A DNA stretch of 64,000 nucleotides from Oxalobacter sp. (lineage in GTDB: Bacteria; Pseudomonadota; Gammaproteobacteria; Burkholderiales; Burkholderiaceae_D), in contig QZKY01000016.1 in the NCBI GenBank assembly GCA_003605115.1, positions 109,776-173,775 of the forward strand. The letters are read 5' to 3'. Below are positions 1 through 10,951 of this stretch, piece after piece. Below the pieces are notes generated by a model. That model was not told where the DNA came from and did not search any database. It saw only the letters and a list, made by a program, of their open reading frames with translations. The position numbers and the translations under genes are program-made. How positions within the stretch are numbered: position 1 is the stretch's first letter; each line of letters opens with the position of its first letter.

Positions 1-361
1 GGAGTTGGCGCGCATCGCCCTTGCGATATCCGTCATTGCTTCCAGTGCGACGACAACGCCCACGCTCATCTTCGATGAAGTGGACAGCGGCATTGGCGGC
101 GGCGTGGCTGAAGTGGTCGGGCGTTTGCTCAAGCGTCTGGGCGACGCACGTCAAGTCTTGTGCGTCACGCATTTGCCGCAAGTGGCCAGTCAGGCTGCGC
201 AGCACTTTCAGGTCTCCAAAAAGGAGAAAAGCGGCAAGCCGGTTTCACGCATCGATTTGCTGGATACGTCAGAGCGTATAGAAGAAATCGCACGCATGCT
301 GGGTGGATTGGAAATTACGGCGACCACGCGCAAGCATGCGAAAGAGATGTTGGCAATTTGA
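1..361 (+). CDS. recN: DNA repair protein RecN, C-terminal part (truncated by window start)
   Basis: ELARIALAI..LIFDEVDSGIGG (Walker B), QVLCVTHLPQVA and EEIARMLGG motifs. Confidence 0.95.
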   Translation, partial: ELARIALAISVIASSATTTPTLIFDEVDSGIGGGVAEVVGRLLKRLGDARQVLCVTHLPQVASQAAQHFQVSKKEKSGKPVSRIDLLDTSERIEEIARMLGGLEITATTRKHAKEMLAI

Positions 362-491
362 GTATCACTTGAAGTCTTTTGTGCAGAAACACCACTTTTT
401 TTCTGAATGATGCGTTTCTTCGGCAGACTTATTTGCGTTGCGCTTAGGAACTAGGCAAAATTCTGTAATAGCTTCCCAACTTTTGGTTTTC

Positions 492-1571
492 ATGTCTATC
501 CATCCTGAATCGTCACCCGTACCACACGACTTTCCCAAGATTGCTCTCGTGCTGATGAATATGGGTACGCCTGATGCGCCCACGATAGCGGCTGCGCGTC
601 GCTTTTTGAAACGATCCTTGAAAGATGCGCGTATTGTGGAAGGTTCTTTCGGGGAGCGATGGCTGTCTCGCAACTTTTTTGTGTTGCTCTACCGCTCAAT
701 AAAATTGGCCAAACGTTACGCGGCCATTTGGAAACGTGATGGCTCGCCTTTATTGGCGCATACAGAAAAGCAGGCCAAAAAACTGGCGCGTCGCTTGGAG
801 GCGCGTGAACATGATGTGCATGTGGTGCACACCATGCGTTACGGCGCACCACAGATCAAGCAAACCTTGACACAGTTGAGCCAGGAAGGCTACGAGCGCA
901 TCCTGATTTTGCCTGTGTACCCGCAGTATTCCGATGCAACGACGGGGGCCGCACTGGATGCTGTCGCAGAGCATGTCATCGGCGGGCGCAACATGCCCGA
1001 ACTGCGGTTTGTCCGGGATTTTCACGATCACGAAGCGTATATCGGCGCACTGGTTGAGTTGGTGCGTACTTACTGGGAAACGAATGGGCGGCCGGATAAG
1101 TTACTGATGAGTTTTCGCGGCATTCAGATGGATCGCGCTGAACGGGGTACGGCTTACCTCGATCGGTGTCGGCGCACGGCGACAATGCTGGCCGAGCGCT
1201 TGGGTCTGGTGGAGGGGCAGTATGAGTCGGCTTTCCAGTCTTGCCTTGGTCCTGGCGAATGGATGGCGCCACACACGACGGTAGCCATGGAAAAATTGGC
1301 CAAAGAAGGTGTCAGCAGGGTGGATGTGGTGTTTCCGGGCTTTGTTGCGGATTGTCTTGAAACACTTGGTGAAATTGACATCGATGCGCGTCAAAAATTT
1401 TTAAATGCGGGTGGGAAAGATCTTCGTGTGCTCCCCTGTTTGAACGATTCGGAGCCTTGGTTGCGCGCCTTGACTGAAATTGCAGAGCAGCACTTGCTGG
1501 GTTGGCCGACCATGCAAAAGAGCTCCGAAGTCGGTCAACCCAGCAGTAGCCGGCGGGTCACTTGGCGATGA
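492..1571 (+). CDS. hemH: Ferrochelatase-family protein with several divergent active-site motifs
   Basis: NMGTPDAP, MRYG, YPQYS, PGFVADCLETL and PCLND motifs; recN-hemH-grpE context; the usual SxHG reads SFRG. Confidence 0.85.
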   Translation: MSIHPESSPVPHDFPKIALVLMNMGTPDAPTIAAARRFLKRSLKDARIVEGSFGERWLSRNFFVLLYRSIKLAKRYAAIWKRDGSPLLAHTEKQAKKLARRLEAREHDVHVVHTMRYGAPQIKQTLTQLSQEGYERILILPVYPQYSDATTGAALDAVAEHVIGGRNMPELRFVRDFHDHEAYIGALVELVRTYWETNGRPDKLLMSFRGIQMDRAERGTAYLDRCRRTATMLAERLGLVEGQYESAFQSCLGPGEWMAPHTTVAMEKLAKEGVSRVDVVFPGFVADCLETLGEIDIDARQKFLNAGGKDLRVLPCLNDSEPWLRALTEIAEQHLLGWPTMQKSSEVGQPSSSRRVTWR

Positions 1572-1783
1572 TGCCTGCGTGACTGATCCAAGCAGTTGCC
1601 AGCAGCACATAGGCAATGAGGCTTGCGATAATGAGTTGAAGTTTCCGGGTCATGATTACCTCCCTGTAGAGAACATCATGACTTCATCCTATGCGTTTTC
1701 CCCAAAAAAGCCAGTTTAAGCCGTGTAAGTTTTGTAACAAAAATTAACTGGCTTGAAAAATCTGAGTTTTCCAGTGCATACGC

Positions 1784-1811
1784 CTTGAAATCCGGCTCGC
1801 CATCCCCATGT
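1784..1811 (+). promoter_or_regulatory. Sigma-32 (RpoH) promoter of grpE
   Basis: CTTGAAA-13 nt-CCCCATGT matches the RpoH consensus, 33 nt upstream of the grpE start. Confidence 0.8.
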
Positions 1812-1844
1812 ACCCTCAATTGATGGAAAATCTGGAGAAATCTG

Positions 1845-2426
1845 ATGCAAGAGCAGGAAAAACAGGCTGATCAGTTTGAAAATCAGCAAGCGGCTCAACA
1901 AGAGAGTCAACCGGAGAGTCAATCCGAAAATCAGGTAGAGAACCTGACCGAACCGCCTTCGGCAGAACAGATATTGGCTGAAAAACTGACGCAAGCCGAA
2001 GCCAAAGCGGCGGAGTTGCAAGATGCTTTCCTGAGAGCCAAAGCGGAAGCTGAGAATACGCGCCGCCGCGCTCAGGATGACATCACCAAGGCGCACAAGT
2101 TTGCGGTGGAGAGTTTTGCCAGCGCCATGTTGGGTGTGAAGGACAGTCTGGAGATGGCGCTGAAAGTGGAAGTGCCCTCGGTGGAGTCGCTAAAGGAGGG
2201 GGTTGAGATGACATTGAAGCAACTTTCTTCAGCTTTTGAAAAGAACCGTCTGATGGAAATCATCCCGCAGATCGGCGAACCCCTGGATCCGATGAAACAT
2301 CAGGCGATTTCGATGGTTCCTGCGGAGCAAGAACCGAATACGGTAGTGGAAGTGCTGCAAAAAGGTTACATGATTGCGGATCGTCTGTTGCGTCCAGCGA
2401 TTGTGACGGTGGCAGCCCCGAAATAG
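1845..2426 (+). CDS. grpE: Nucleotide exchange factor GrpE
   Basis: [21 protein letters not shown] and [19 protein letters not shown] motifs. Confidence 0.97.
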   Translation: MQEQEKQADQFENQQAAQQESQPESQSENQVENLTEPPSAEQILAEKLTQAEAKAAELQDAFLRAKAEAENTRRRAQDDITKAHKFAVESFASAMLGVKDSLEMALKVEVPSVESLKEGVEMTLKQLSSAFEKNRLMEIIPQIGEPLDPMKHQAISMVPAEQEPNTVVEVLQKGYMIADRLLRPAIVTVAAPK

Positions 2427-2434
2427 CAAAGCAT

Positions 2435-2462
2435 CTTGAAACAAAAGAATTAAACGCAATAT
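2435..2462 (+). promoter_or_regulatory. Possible sigma-32 promoter of dnaK
   Basis: CTTGAAA-13 nt-CGCAATAT; perfect -35, imperfect -10. Confidence 0.5.
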
Positions 2463-2555
2463 AGAAAATAACCCACCCGGTCTCAAATCGGGTCACAACA
2501 GTACTAACTTAGATGGTTGCGGGACGCTGTCCTCAACATTACGAAAGGAAACAAC

Positions 2556-4499
2556 ATGGCAAAAATTATCGGTATCGATCTGGGCACGACGAACTCCTGT
2601 GTCTCGATTATCGAGAACGGGCAGCCCAAGGTGATCGAAAATTCCGAAGGCACGCGCACTACGCCCTCGATCATCGCGTATCAAGAAAATGGCGAGATTC
2701 TGGTTGGCGCACCTGCGAAGCGCCAAGCCGTGACCAATCCGAAGAATACGCTCTACGCGGTCAAGCGCCTGATTGGACGCAAGTTTGACGAAAAGGAAGT
2801 GCAAAAGGACATCAGCCTGATGCCGTTCGCCATCGTCAAGGCAGACAATGGCGATGCCTGGGTGTCGGCACTCGATAAAAAAATGGCGCCACCGCAAATT
2901 TCTGCGGAAGTGCTGCGCAAGATGAAAAAGACCGCTGAAGATTATCTCGGCGAAGAAGTGACGGAAGCAGTGATCACGGTTCCAGCGTACTTCAACGATG
3001 CACAACGTCAAGCCACCAAAGACGCTGGCCGGATTGCTGGCCTGGACGTGAAGCGCATCATCAACGAACCGACGGCGGCGGCACTCGCATTCGGCCTGGA
3101 CAAGACCGACAAGCGTGATCGCAAGATTGCAGTGTACGACTTGGGCGGCGGCACCTTCGACGTGTCGATCATCGAAATCGCCGATGTAGATGGCGAGAAG
3201 CAATTCGAAGTGCTTTCCACCAACGGCGACACTTTCCTGGGCGGGGAAGATTTCGATCAGCGCCTGATCGATCACATCATTGACGAATTCCGCAAGATCA
3301 ACGGCCTCGATCTGAAGAAAGATCCGATTGCGCTGCAACGCATCAAGGCATCGGCCGAGCGCGCCAAGATTGAGCTGTCATCCGCGCAGCAAACTGAAAT
3401 CAACGAGCCGTACATCGCAATGGCGAATGGCGCGCCGGTGCATTTGAACTTGCGTATCACACGCGCCAAGTTTGAATCGCTGGTGGAAGATTTGATCGAC
3501 AAAACCATCGAACCTTGCCGCGTTGCCTTGAAGGATGCCGGTTTGAAAGGCGCTGACATCGACGACATCATTCTCGTCGGCGGCATGACGCGCATGCCCA
3601 AGGTGCAGGAAAAGGTCAAGGAATTCTTTGGCAAGGAGCCGCGCAAGGACGTGAATCCGGATGAAGCGGTGGCTGTGGGAGCCGCGATCCAGGGTTCGGT
3701 ATTGTCCGGTGATCGCAAGGATTTGCTCTTGCTCGACGTGACGCCGCTGTCGCTGGGCATCGAAACGCTCGGCGGCGTGATGACCAAGATGATCCAGAAA
3801 AACACTACGATTCCGACGAAGTTCAGCCAAGTGTTTTCAACGGCGGATGATAACCAGCCTGCGGTGACCATCAAGGTTTATCAAGGCGAACGCGAAATGG
3901 CGGTCGGCAACAAGGCGCTGGGCGAATTTAACCTGGAAGGCATTCCGCCGGCAGCGCGTGGCACCCCGCAAATCGAAGTGACTTTCGACATCGATGCAAA
4001 CGGTATCCTGCACGTGAGCGCGAAGGACAAGGCCACCGGCAAAGAAAACAAGATCACCATCAAGGCCAATTCCGGTTTGACGGAAGAGGAAATTCAACGC
4101 ATGGTGAAGGATGCTGAATTGAATGCGGCAGAGGATCATCGCTTGAAGGAACTGGCCGATGCGCGCAACCAGGGCGACGCGCTCCTGCACAGCACGAAGA
4201 AATCGCTCGGCGAATATGGCGACAAGCTGGAAGCAGGCGAGAAAGAGGCGATCGAATCTGCGATCAAGGATCTTGAAGCCGTGTTGAAGGACAATACCGC
4301 TGACAAAGCTGCGATTGATGCGAAAGCGGAAGTGCTGGCAAATGCATCGATGAAACTGGGCGAAAAAATGTACGCCGACATGCAGGCCAAGCAGCAGGCA
4401 GCAGAGGGCGCACCGGAAGGTGGTGCATCGGCATCAGACGCCAAGCCAGGCGATGATAATGTTGTTGATGCTGACTTCAAGGAAGTGAAAGACAAGTAA
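2556..4499 (+). CDS. dnaK: Chaperone DnaK (Hsp70)
   Basis: [22 protein letters not shown] and C-terminal [17 protein letters not shown] before ATG 2556. Confidence 0.99.
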   Translation: MAKIIGIDLGTTNSCVSIIENGQPKVIENSEGTRTTPSIIAYQENGEILVGAPAKRQAVTNPKNTLYAVKRLIGRKFDEKEVQKDISLMPFAIVKADNGDAWVSALDKKMAPPQISAEVLRKMKKTAEDYLGEEVTEAVITVPAYFNDAQRQATKDAGRIAGLDVKRIINEPTAAALAFGLDKTDKRDRKIAVYDLGGGTFDVSIIEIADVDGEKQFEVLSTNGDTFLGGEDFDQRLIDHIIDEFRKINGLDLKKDPIALQRIKASAERAKIELSSAQQTEINEPYIAMANGAPVHLNLRITRAKFESLVEDLIDKTIEPCRVALKDAGLKGADIDDIILVGGMTRMPKVQEKVKEFFGKEPRKDVNPDEAVAVGAAIQGSVLSGDRKDLLLLDVTPLSLGIETLGGVMTKMIQKNTTIPTKFSQVFSTADDNQPAVTIKVYQGEREMAVGNKALGEFNLEGIPPAARGTPQIEVTFDIDANGILHVSAKDKATGKENKITIKANSGLTEEEIQRMVKDAELNAAEDHRLKELADARNQGDALLHSTKKSLGEYGDKLEAGEKEAIESAIKDLEAVLKDNTADKAAIDAKAEVLANASMKLGEKMYADMQAKQQAAEGAPEGGASASDAKPGDDNVVDADFKEVKDK

Positions 4500-4513
4500 G
4501 CAAATGTTGTATC

Positions 4514-4576
4514 GAAAAATTCGGGGTCAGAGTCGAAGTATCGCAAGCGATATTCGACTGCCGACCCCGGTTTTTC
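4514..4576. repeat. Dispersed GGGTC..GACCC hairpin repeat, copy 1
   Basis: GAAAAATTCGGGGTCAGAGTCGAA..TTCGACTGCCGACCCCGGTTTTTC; near-identical to 15394-15456 and 16226-16287. Confidence 0.85.
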
Positions 4577-4592
4577 GAAAACAGAATTATTG

Positions 4593-4632
4593 CCGGGTTG
4601 ATGTGATTGCGGTGCAATCACAACCCGGTTTT
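4593..4632 (+). terminator. Hairpin, possible intrinsic terminator between dnaK and dnaJ
   Basis: CCGGGTTGATGTGATTGC-GGT-GCAATCACAACCCGG followed by TTTT. Confidence 0.5.
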
Positions 4633-4656
4633 GCACGTAGTTAACCGGTACAGAAA

Positions 4657-5799
4657 ATGGCATCAAAGCGCGATTATTACGAAACCCTGGGCGTGGCAAA
4701 AAACGCTTCAGAGGATGAGATCAAAAAAGCTTATCGCAAGATGGCGATGAAGTTTCACCCTGATCGCAATCCGGACAGCAAAGTGGCTGAGGCAAAGTTC
4801 AAGGAAGCCAAAGAAGCTTACGAAATGTTGTCCGACACGCAGAAGCGCGAGGCCTATGACCGTTATGGTCATGCGGGCGTCGATCCAAACATGAATATGG
4901 GTGGCGCTGCGGGCGGCTTCTATGGCGGAGGCGGTTTTGCGGACGCATTCGGCGACATTTTCGGCGACATCTTTGGCGGTGGACGCGGACGCAGCGGTGG
5001 TCCGCAAATGTACCGTGGTGCGGATTTGCGTTATAACCTGGAAATTTCGCTGGAACAGGCAGCGAATGGATTTGACACCACGATTCGTGTGCCGTCCTGG
5101 GAAGCCTGCGATACTTGCGGTGGCTCCGGCGCAAAACCGGGTACGTCGCCAACGACTTGCGCAACCTGCGGCGGACATGGCCAGGTGCGCATGCAGCAAG
5201 GTTTCTTCAGCATCCAGCAGACTTGTCCGAAATGCCAGGGTAAGGGAAAAATCATTTCCGATCCTTGCGCATCATGCAGCGGTGTGGGACGCATCAAGCG
5301 TAACAAGACGCTCGAAGTAAAAATCCCTGCGGGGATCGATGATGGCATGCGTATTCGCTCCTCCGGCAATGGTGAGCCGGGTCAGAATGGTGGGCCGCCC
5401 GGAGATTTGTACGTTGAAGTGCATATCAAGCCACATCCGATTTTCCAGCGCGAAGGAGATGATCTGCATTGCGAAATGCCGCTGTCTTTTGCAAAAGCGG
5501 CATTGGGTGGCGACGTCGAAGTGGAAACCTTGGGCGGCAAGGTCTCGTTCACGGTGCCCGAAGGTACGCAGACGGGGAAAGTTTTCCGTGTGCGCGGCAA
5601 GGGGATCAAAGGCGTGCGTTCCGGGCATACGGGCGATTTGTTCTGCCATGTCATCGTGCAGACCCCCATCAAGCTGACGGACAAACAAAAAGAATTGCTG
5701 AATGAACTGGAAAAATTGCTGATCGCAGGCGGCGATCGGCACAATCCGCAAAGCGAAAGCAAATCCTGGAAGAACCGCGTCAAAGAGTTTTTTGAATAA
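4657..5799 (+). CDS. dnaJ: Chaperone DnaJ
   Basis: J domain with HPD, G/F-rich region and four CxxCxGxG repeats. Confidence 0.99.
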   Translation: MASKRDYYETLGVAKNASEDEIKKAYRKMAMKFHPDRNPDSKVAEAKFKEAKEAYEMLSDTQKREAYDRYGHAGVDPNMNMGGAAGGFYGGGGFADAFGDIFGDIFGGGRGRSGGPQMYRGADLRYNLEISLEQAANGFDTTIRVPSWEACDTCGGSGAKPGTSPTTCATCGGHGQVRMQQGFFSIQQTCPKCQGKGKIISDPCASCSGVGRIKRNKTLEVKIPAGIDDGMRIRSSGNGEPGQNGGPPGDLYVEVHIKPHPIFQREGDDLHCEMPLSFAKAALGGDVEVETLGGKVSFTVPEGTQTGKVFRVRGKGIKGVRSGHTGDLFCHVIVQTPIKLTDKQKELLNELEKLLIAGGDRHNPQSESKSWKNRVKEFFE

Positions 5800-5814
5800 G
5801 CAGAACCGACAGTT

Positions 5815-7002
5815 TTAATTCGCAACGATACGGTTCCGACCTTGATGTTTCGCGTCATACAGCCCTTTGTCCGCGCGCGGCATCAAATCGTAAATGCTTT
5901 TGTCTTCGCTGGAAAGTTCGGTGACGCCAAAACTGGCCGTGCAGGGGATTTCCTGATTATTCTCAAATCGCATGGGCGTGGACGCCAAGGATTCGCGTAG
6001 CCGTTCTGCAATGAGCGCGGCATCGGCGAGTTTTGTTTCAGGCATCAGAATCGCGAATTCTTCTCCACCAATGCGACAGACGATGTCGTGACCACGCACC
6101 TTTTCCACCAGCATTTGCCCCAGTGTGCTAATGACGGCATCTCCGTACTGGTGGCCATGACTGTCGTTGATTTTCTTGAAGTGATCGACATCGAGCATGA
6201 TCAGTGACAGCGGGCGGCTGTAGCGGTGTGCCCGATCAATTTCACGTTCAGCCGTTTCAAGGAAATGACGTCGGTTGCCGGTGCCGCTCAATACATCGGT
6301 TGAGGCAAGTATTTCGAGTTTTTCTTGATGCGATTCAAGTTCTTCTCGAAGAATCTGACTCGTCATCATGATCAGGAAGAATGCCAGCGCAACTGAACTG
6401 ACGACACCCTCGACAAATGCCAGCTTGTGAACCCAGCCAGCGGTCAGTAAGTCATGGATTTGCCCAGATTGGAGGGTGACAGTGATGCGTATGGCTGCAT
6501 ACGCAATGTGAATCACACAGACGCCGCAGCCAGCAAGAAATACCCCTCTATTTTTTTGGCGGCGGCTTTGACGAAAAAATTCCTGTGCGCACATTGCTGC
6601 GCACATGCTGTTGAAGACGCAAAAAATGATCACACGAGCCGTAAGGCTGGGGGCGATCTGGAGGAAATAAAAAACGAAACATAAATTGATGCCAAGCAGT
6701 GCGGCAGCAGAGAGCCTGCCATCCTGCGTTTTATCCACGAATCGTCGCATGCCGATCCAGATGGCTAGCCAGAAACCGTTCAATAAAATATTTGGAACGA
6801 TGACTGATAACCAGGCAGGAATGAAGGGGCGCAGTCCGATGAGAACCACGCCGATTGCAGCCATGATAAAACCTGTCGCCCAACTTGCAACACCAGGTTG
6901 CCTTTTTTGAATCCGCCAGTTCAACAGCATCAGGATTGCCATCGCAATACCCATGACCATCCCCATGAAGGCGATGGTGGTGATGTTGAGCGCGTTGATC
7001 AT
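5815..7002 (-). CDS. Membrane-bound diguanylate cyclase
   Basis: About 7 hydrophobic N-terminal segments, DVDHFKKIND, RGHD I-site and GGEEF. Confidence 0.9.
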   Translation of the reverse strand: MINALNITTIAFMGMVMGIAMAILMLLNWRIQKRQPGVASWATGFIMAAIGVVLIGLRPFIPAWLSVIVPNILLNGFWLAIWIGMRRFVDKTQDGRLSAAALLGINLCFVFYFLQIAPSLTARVIIFCVFNSMCAAMCAQEFFRQSRRQKNRGVFLAGCGVCVIHIAYAAIRITVTLQSGQIHDLLTAGWVHKLAFVEGVVSSVALAFFLIMMTSQILREELESHQEKLEILASTDVLSGTGNRRHFLETAEREIDRAHRYSRPLSLIMLDVDHFKKINDSHGHQYGDAVISTLGQMLVEKVRGHDIVCRIGGEEFAILMPETKLADAALIAERLRESLASTPMRFENNQEIPCTASFGVTELSSEDKSIYDLMPRADKGLYDAKHQGRNRIVAN

Positions 7003-7113
7003 GCGAATGGGGTTTTGTTTTGAGAGAGTAGTCTGTGTTACTGGCGCACGATGACAAGAAAGTTATTTTCAGAACCTTGGAGGGGTTGGGTTGATTTGCT
7101 TGGTTCGGTGTTC

Positions 7114-7926
7114 TTAAAAGCAGTGCTCCTGCGCCGGGAAAGTTTTATTCTTGACTGCGGCGACATAAGCGCTGAACGCCTCTTCGATGCTGCCTGCGCC
7201 TTCCATGAAATTTTTCACGAAGCGCGCTTTGCGACCCGGAAAAACATTCAGCATGTCATGCATCACCAGCACCTGGCCTGAACAATCGGGACCTGCGCCA
7301 ATGCCGATTGTCGGAATGGTGAGCATGTCCGTCACATCTTTGGCCAGTGAAGCGGGAATGGTTTCCAACACCAAGGCTGACGCGCCAGCGTGTTGTAAAG
7401 CAAGGGCATCCGCGATCAATTGATTGGCAGATTCGGCTGTTTTACCTTGTACTTTATAACCGCCGAACATATGAACAGACTGCGGCGTCAGCCCCAGGTG
7501 CGCACATACGGGTACGGCGCGCTGGGTTAAAAAATGAACGGTCTCGGCCAGCCAGTGTCCACCCTCAATTTTGACCATTTGCGCACCCGCCCGCATGAGT
7601 ACGACGGCATTGTTGAATGCGGTTTCCGGTGTAGCAAAACTGCCGAAGGGCATATCGGCCACGATCAGTGCGGTTTGATTGCCGCGTGCAACACAGGCGG
7701 TATGGTAAGCAATATCGGCAACGGTGACGGGGAGCGTGGAATCGTGTCCCTGGCTGACCATGCCCAGCGAATCACCAATCAGCAGGGATTCCACACCGGC
7801 ACGATCCATGAGCGCCGCAAAACTCGCGTCGTAGCAAGTCAGCATCGTAATTTTTTCGCTGTTCCTGCGCATTGCCATCAATCCCGGTACGGTGACGGCT
7901 TTGCGCTCTTGCAGGTAGGTTGCCAT
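7114..7926 (-). CDS. panB: 3-methyl-2-oxobutanoate hydroxymethyltransferase
   Basis: [23 protein letters not shown] and GIGAG motifs. Confidence 0.97.
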   Translation of the reverse strand: MATYLQERKAVTVPGLMAMRRNSEKITMLTCYDASFAALMDRAGVESLLIGDSLGMVSQGHDSTLPVTVADIAYHTACVARGNQTALIVADMPFGSFATPETAFNNAVVLMRAGAQMVKIEGGHWLAETVHFLTQRAVPVCAHLGLTPQSVHMFGGYKVQGKTAESANQLIADALALQHAGASALVLETIPASLAKDVTDMLTIPTIGIGAGPDCSGQVLVMHDMLNVFPGRKARFVKNFMEGAGSIEEAFSAYVAAVKNKTFPAQEHCF

Positions 7927-7944
7927 GAGAAACTCTCCAGAAAA

Positions 7945-8295
7945 TTATTGTGTACGGAAGATGAAATATACCGCACCCATCAGACACAATGCCGCCCAGA
8001 CATAATCCAGTTTGAAGGGCTCCTTCATGTAAAACATGGCAAACGGCACGAATATCGTCAGTGTAATGGCTTCTTGCAGGATTTTCAGTTGCGCCAAACT
8101 GTAATGATTGTAGCCGATACGGTTGGCCGGCACCTGCAGCAGGTATTCAAACAGGGCGATTCCCCAGCTGATGATCGCCGCTACGTACCAGGTTTTGCTC
8201 GACAGATTTTTTAAATGGCCATACCAAGCGACCGTCATGAAAATGTTGGATAAAACGAGCAAGCCAGTAGTTTGGACGATGGCAGGAATTTGCAT
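7945..8295 (-). CDS. DMT-family small membrane protein (DUF486-like)
   Basis: SNIFMTVAWYGHLK, ALFEYLLQVPANRIG and QLKILQE motifs. Confidence 0.85.
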   Translation of the reverse strand: MQIPAIVQTTGLLVLSNIFMTVAWYGHLKNLSSKTWYVAAIISWGIALFEYLLQVPANRIGYNHYSLAQLKILQEAITLTIFVPFAMFYMKEPFKLDYVWAALCLMGAVYFIFRTQ

Positions 8296-8318
8296 GACGA
8301 CCTCCCGTATGAGTCAGC

Positions 8319-8816
8319 TTAGACCATTATTTTACTGATGGGTTGTCCAGAAACATTCGGCACGAAGCTGTGGGCGAGCCCGGCACCGGGAATCTGGATG
8401 AAAGGGTCAAGCTGTAACAGTGGAATCAGTGCAAACGCGCGCTGCGTGAGGCGCGGGTGTGGAATGACCAGATCCGGCGAAGCAATGCGTTGGGATCCAT
8501 AAAGCAGGATGTCCAGATCCAGCGTGCGTGGCGCATTAACGTATGGGCGCTCACGGCCAAAATCGCTTTCAATGCGCTGCAGCTCGCGAAGCAAATCGTG
8601 CGCGTTGAGTTGAGTCTGCAGTTTGACAACCGTGTTGATAAAATCCTCGCCGCTGGCGTCAATCGGGGTCGTGCGGAACAGGGACGACTGTTGTTCCAGC
8701 GTCGTGTCTGGCAAGGATGCCAGTGCCGCCAGCGCGCGCTTGACGTGCTCGACCGGATTGCCAAGGTTCGAACCAACGCCGATATAGGCTGTGACGGATT
8801 GCGATGCGTTCTTCAT
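8319..8816 (-). CDS. folK: 2-amino-4-hydroxy-6-hydroxymethyldihydropteridine diphosphokinase
   Basis: GVGSNLG, PRTLDLDILLY and IPHPRL motifs. Confidence 0.96.
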   Translation of the reverse strand: MKNASQSVTAYIGVGSNLGNPVEHVKRALAALASLPDTTLEQQSSLFRTTPIDASGEDFINTVVKLQTQLNAHDLLRELQRIESDFGRERPYVNAPRTLDLDILLYGSQRIASPDLVIPHPRLTQRAFALIPLLQLDPFIQIPGAGLAHSFVPNVSGQPISKIMV

Positions 8817-10273
8817 TCGGAGGAATGTTCGACGTTGCCGTTGTTGTGCTCATTGCTATGGCCATTACCCTGATTATTACCATTCGCCTCGCCCTTTTTG
8901 CGTCCGCGCCCACCGCGACGTGAAGCCCGTTTTTTTGGGGCGCCGGCGGTGTCGGAGGATTTTGGTTTTTTGGCCAGCAAGACTTCACGTGTCGCGTCGT
9001 CGGCCAACAGAAACGCGGCCCACCAGTCAGCAAGCTCGCTATCGATTTCACCGGATTCACAACGCAATTGCATGAAGTCGTAGGCGGCACGAAAGCGCGG
9101 ATGCTCCAGCAGTTTGAAAGGCGCTTTGCCGTTGCGCCGTTCAAATCGTGGTTGCAAAGCCCAGAGTTCCCGCATGTCCGAGGTGATTTTGCGTTGCAGC
9201 GCCAGCTTTTCGGTTTGCGCACTCAATACGTCATCGGCGGCAAGATGCAAGGCAGGGATGGGATATTCACCACTCTCCCGATAGGCAGCCCATTTTTCCA
9301 GCACTTCGTGCCACAAGAGCGCAGCAAACAAAAATCCGGGAGATACCGATTTGCCGATTTTGACACGCAAGTCAGTTTGCGCGAGTGCAAGCGTGACAAA
9401 TTTTTCGCCGAGGGGCTGTTCCAGCACAACATCAAGCAGTGGCAGCAAACCATGATGTAAACCCTGATTCCGCAATTGAAGCAGGCAGGCCATGGAGTCG
9501 CCGCCGAGAAGCAGTTTCAGCATTTCGTCGAAAACGCGCGCAGGGGGCACGTTATCGATGAGTGGCGCCATCAAGGGGATTGGCGTTTGCGATGCCGGGT
9601 CGATCGCAAAATGAAGTTTTGCGGCAAAACGCACCACGCGCAACATGCGGATCGGATCCTCGCGGTAGCGCAGTTCGGGCACACCGATGATGCGCAGGAT
9701 TTTTCGGCGCAAGTCATCAATGCCACCGTGATAATCCAACACGGTTTGCGTGGCAGGGTCGTAATACATGGCGTTGATGGTGAAATCACGGCGCGCGGCA
9801 TCTTCGTGTTGTTCGCCGAACGTGTTGTCACGCAACACGCGACCATGCTCATCCTTCTTGGCGCTATCATCCGATGTGCCACGGAAAGTCGTGACCTCAA
9901 TCACATCTTGCCCAAACATCACATGCACAATCTGAAAACGTCTGCCAATGATGAACGCGCGGCGGAACAGTCTCTTTATCTGCTCCGGCGTGGCGTTGGT
10001 GGCGATGTCAAAATCTTTGGGTTTGATGCCAAGCAGCAGATCGCGTACGGCACCGCCGACGATGAAAGCTTTGAAACCGGCGTCTTGCAGGGTTTGGGTC
10101 ACGCGCAAGGCATTGTTCGTTACCAGCGATGGATCAATGCGATGATCCTGCGCGCCGATGACAGTCGGCTCAGCAACCATGAGCGTTTGCTTGCTCCTTG
10201 GTTTTGCCGAGGGCTTTCCGGCGGGCTTGCCAGAGCGGGGTTGAATCAGCTTGCGGAAAAATCCAGTGATCAT
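8813..10273 (-). CDS. pcnB: Poly(A) polymerase PcnB
   Basis: VGGAVRDLLLG..DFD, IIGRRF, RRDFTINA, EDPIRMLR and a basic C-terminal tail. Confidence 0.95.
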   Translation of the reverse strand: MITGFFRKLIQPRSGKPAGKPSAKPRSKQTLMVAEPTVIGAQDHRIDPSLVTNNALRVTQTLQDAGFKAFIVGGAVRDLLLGIKPKDFDIATNATPEQIKRLFRRAFIIGRRFQIVHVMFGQDVIEVTTFRGTSDDSAKKDEHGRVLRDNTFGEQHEDAARRDFTINAMYYDPATQTVLDYHGGIDDLRRKILRIIGVPELRYREDPIRMLRVVRFAAKLHFAIDPASQTPIPLMAPLIDNVPPARVFDEMLKLLLGGDSMACLLQLRNQGLHHGLLPLLDVVLEQPLGEKFVTLALAQTDLRVKIGKSVSPGFLFAALLWHEVLEKWAAYRESGEYPIPALHLAADDVLSAQTEKLALQRKITSDMRELWALQPRFERRNGKAPFKLLEHPRFRAAYDFMQLRCESGEIDSELADWWAAFLLADDATREVLLAKKPKSSDTAGAPKKRASRRGGRGRKKGEANGNNQGNGHSNEHNNGNVEHSSE

Positions 10274-10951
10274 TTACTTCTCTTCAAACAATTTCAGTAG
10301 TGGCCATCCTTTTTCTCTCGCGTGGGCTTCGAGTTTCGCGTTCGGGTTGGTCGCAACCGGATGCGTGACAATAGAGAGCAGAGGGATGTCGTTTTGGGAA
10401 TCACTGTAAAAATGGCTCTTCTGAAAACTGTCGAGCGTGCGCCCCATTTCCGAGAGCCATTCGTGTGTGCGTGTGACCTTGCCTGAGCCAAAGGTCGGGT
10501 TGCCGGAGAGCCTGCCGGTGATTTCGCCTGCGGGCGTCATTTCCGGTTGCGGCGCGAGCAAATGCGCGACGCCAAATTCACGCGCGATGGGTTCGGTGAC
10601 GAAGCGATTCGTGGCGGTGATGATGGCAATCAGATCGTTCGTGTCTTGATGGCGCTTGATCAAGTCACGTGCGACAGGCGTGATGGCGGGTCGGATGACT
10701 TCCTGCATGTATTGGTCGTGCCAGGCATCCAGCTGCTTGCGCGGAAATCGGGCAAGCGTGCCCAATGCGAATTCAAGATATTCGATGGGGTTAAGGGTGC
10801 CTGCCTGATACTGCGCAAAGAAAACTTCGTTGCGACGGGCAAATTCTTCTGGGTCGACTGCACCGATACGTGTGAGAAATTGCCCCCACTCGTAATCGGA
10901 ATCCAGCGGCAGCAAGGTATGGTCGAGATCAAATAAAGTCAGGTTTTTCAT
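10274..10951 (-). CDS. HAD-IB family hydrolase
   Basis: FDLDHTL, ITATN and YSDSQND motifs; conserved position between hda and pcnB. Confidence 0.9.
   Translation of the reverse strand: MKNLTLFDLDHTLLPLDSDYEWGQFLTRIGAVDPEEFARRNEVFFAQYQAGTLNPIEYLEFALGTLARFPRKQLDAWHDQYMQEVIRPAITPVARDLIKRHQDTNDLIAIITATNRFVTEPIAREFGVAHLLAPQPEMTPAGEITGRLSGNPTFGSGKVTRTHEWLSEMGRTLDSFQKSHFYSDSQNDIPLLSIVTHPVATNPNAKLEAHAREKGWPLLKLFEEK

Noticed and set aside
1572..2555. CIRCE (HrcA) operator before grpE/dnaK
   Set aside because: No TTAGCACTC-N9-GAGTGCTAA found; only sigma-32-type promoters.
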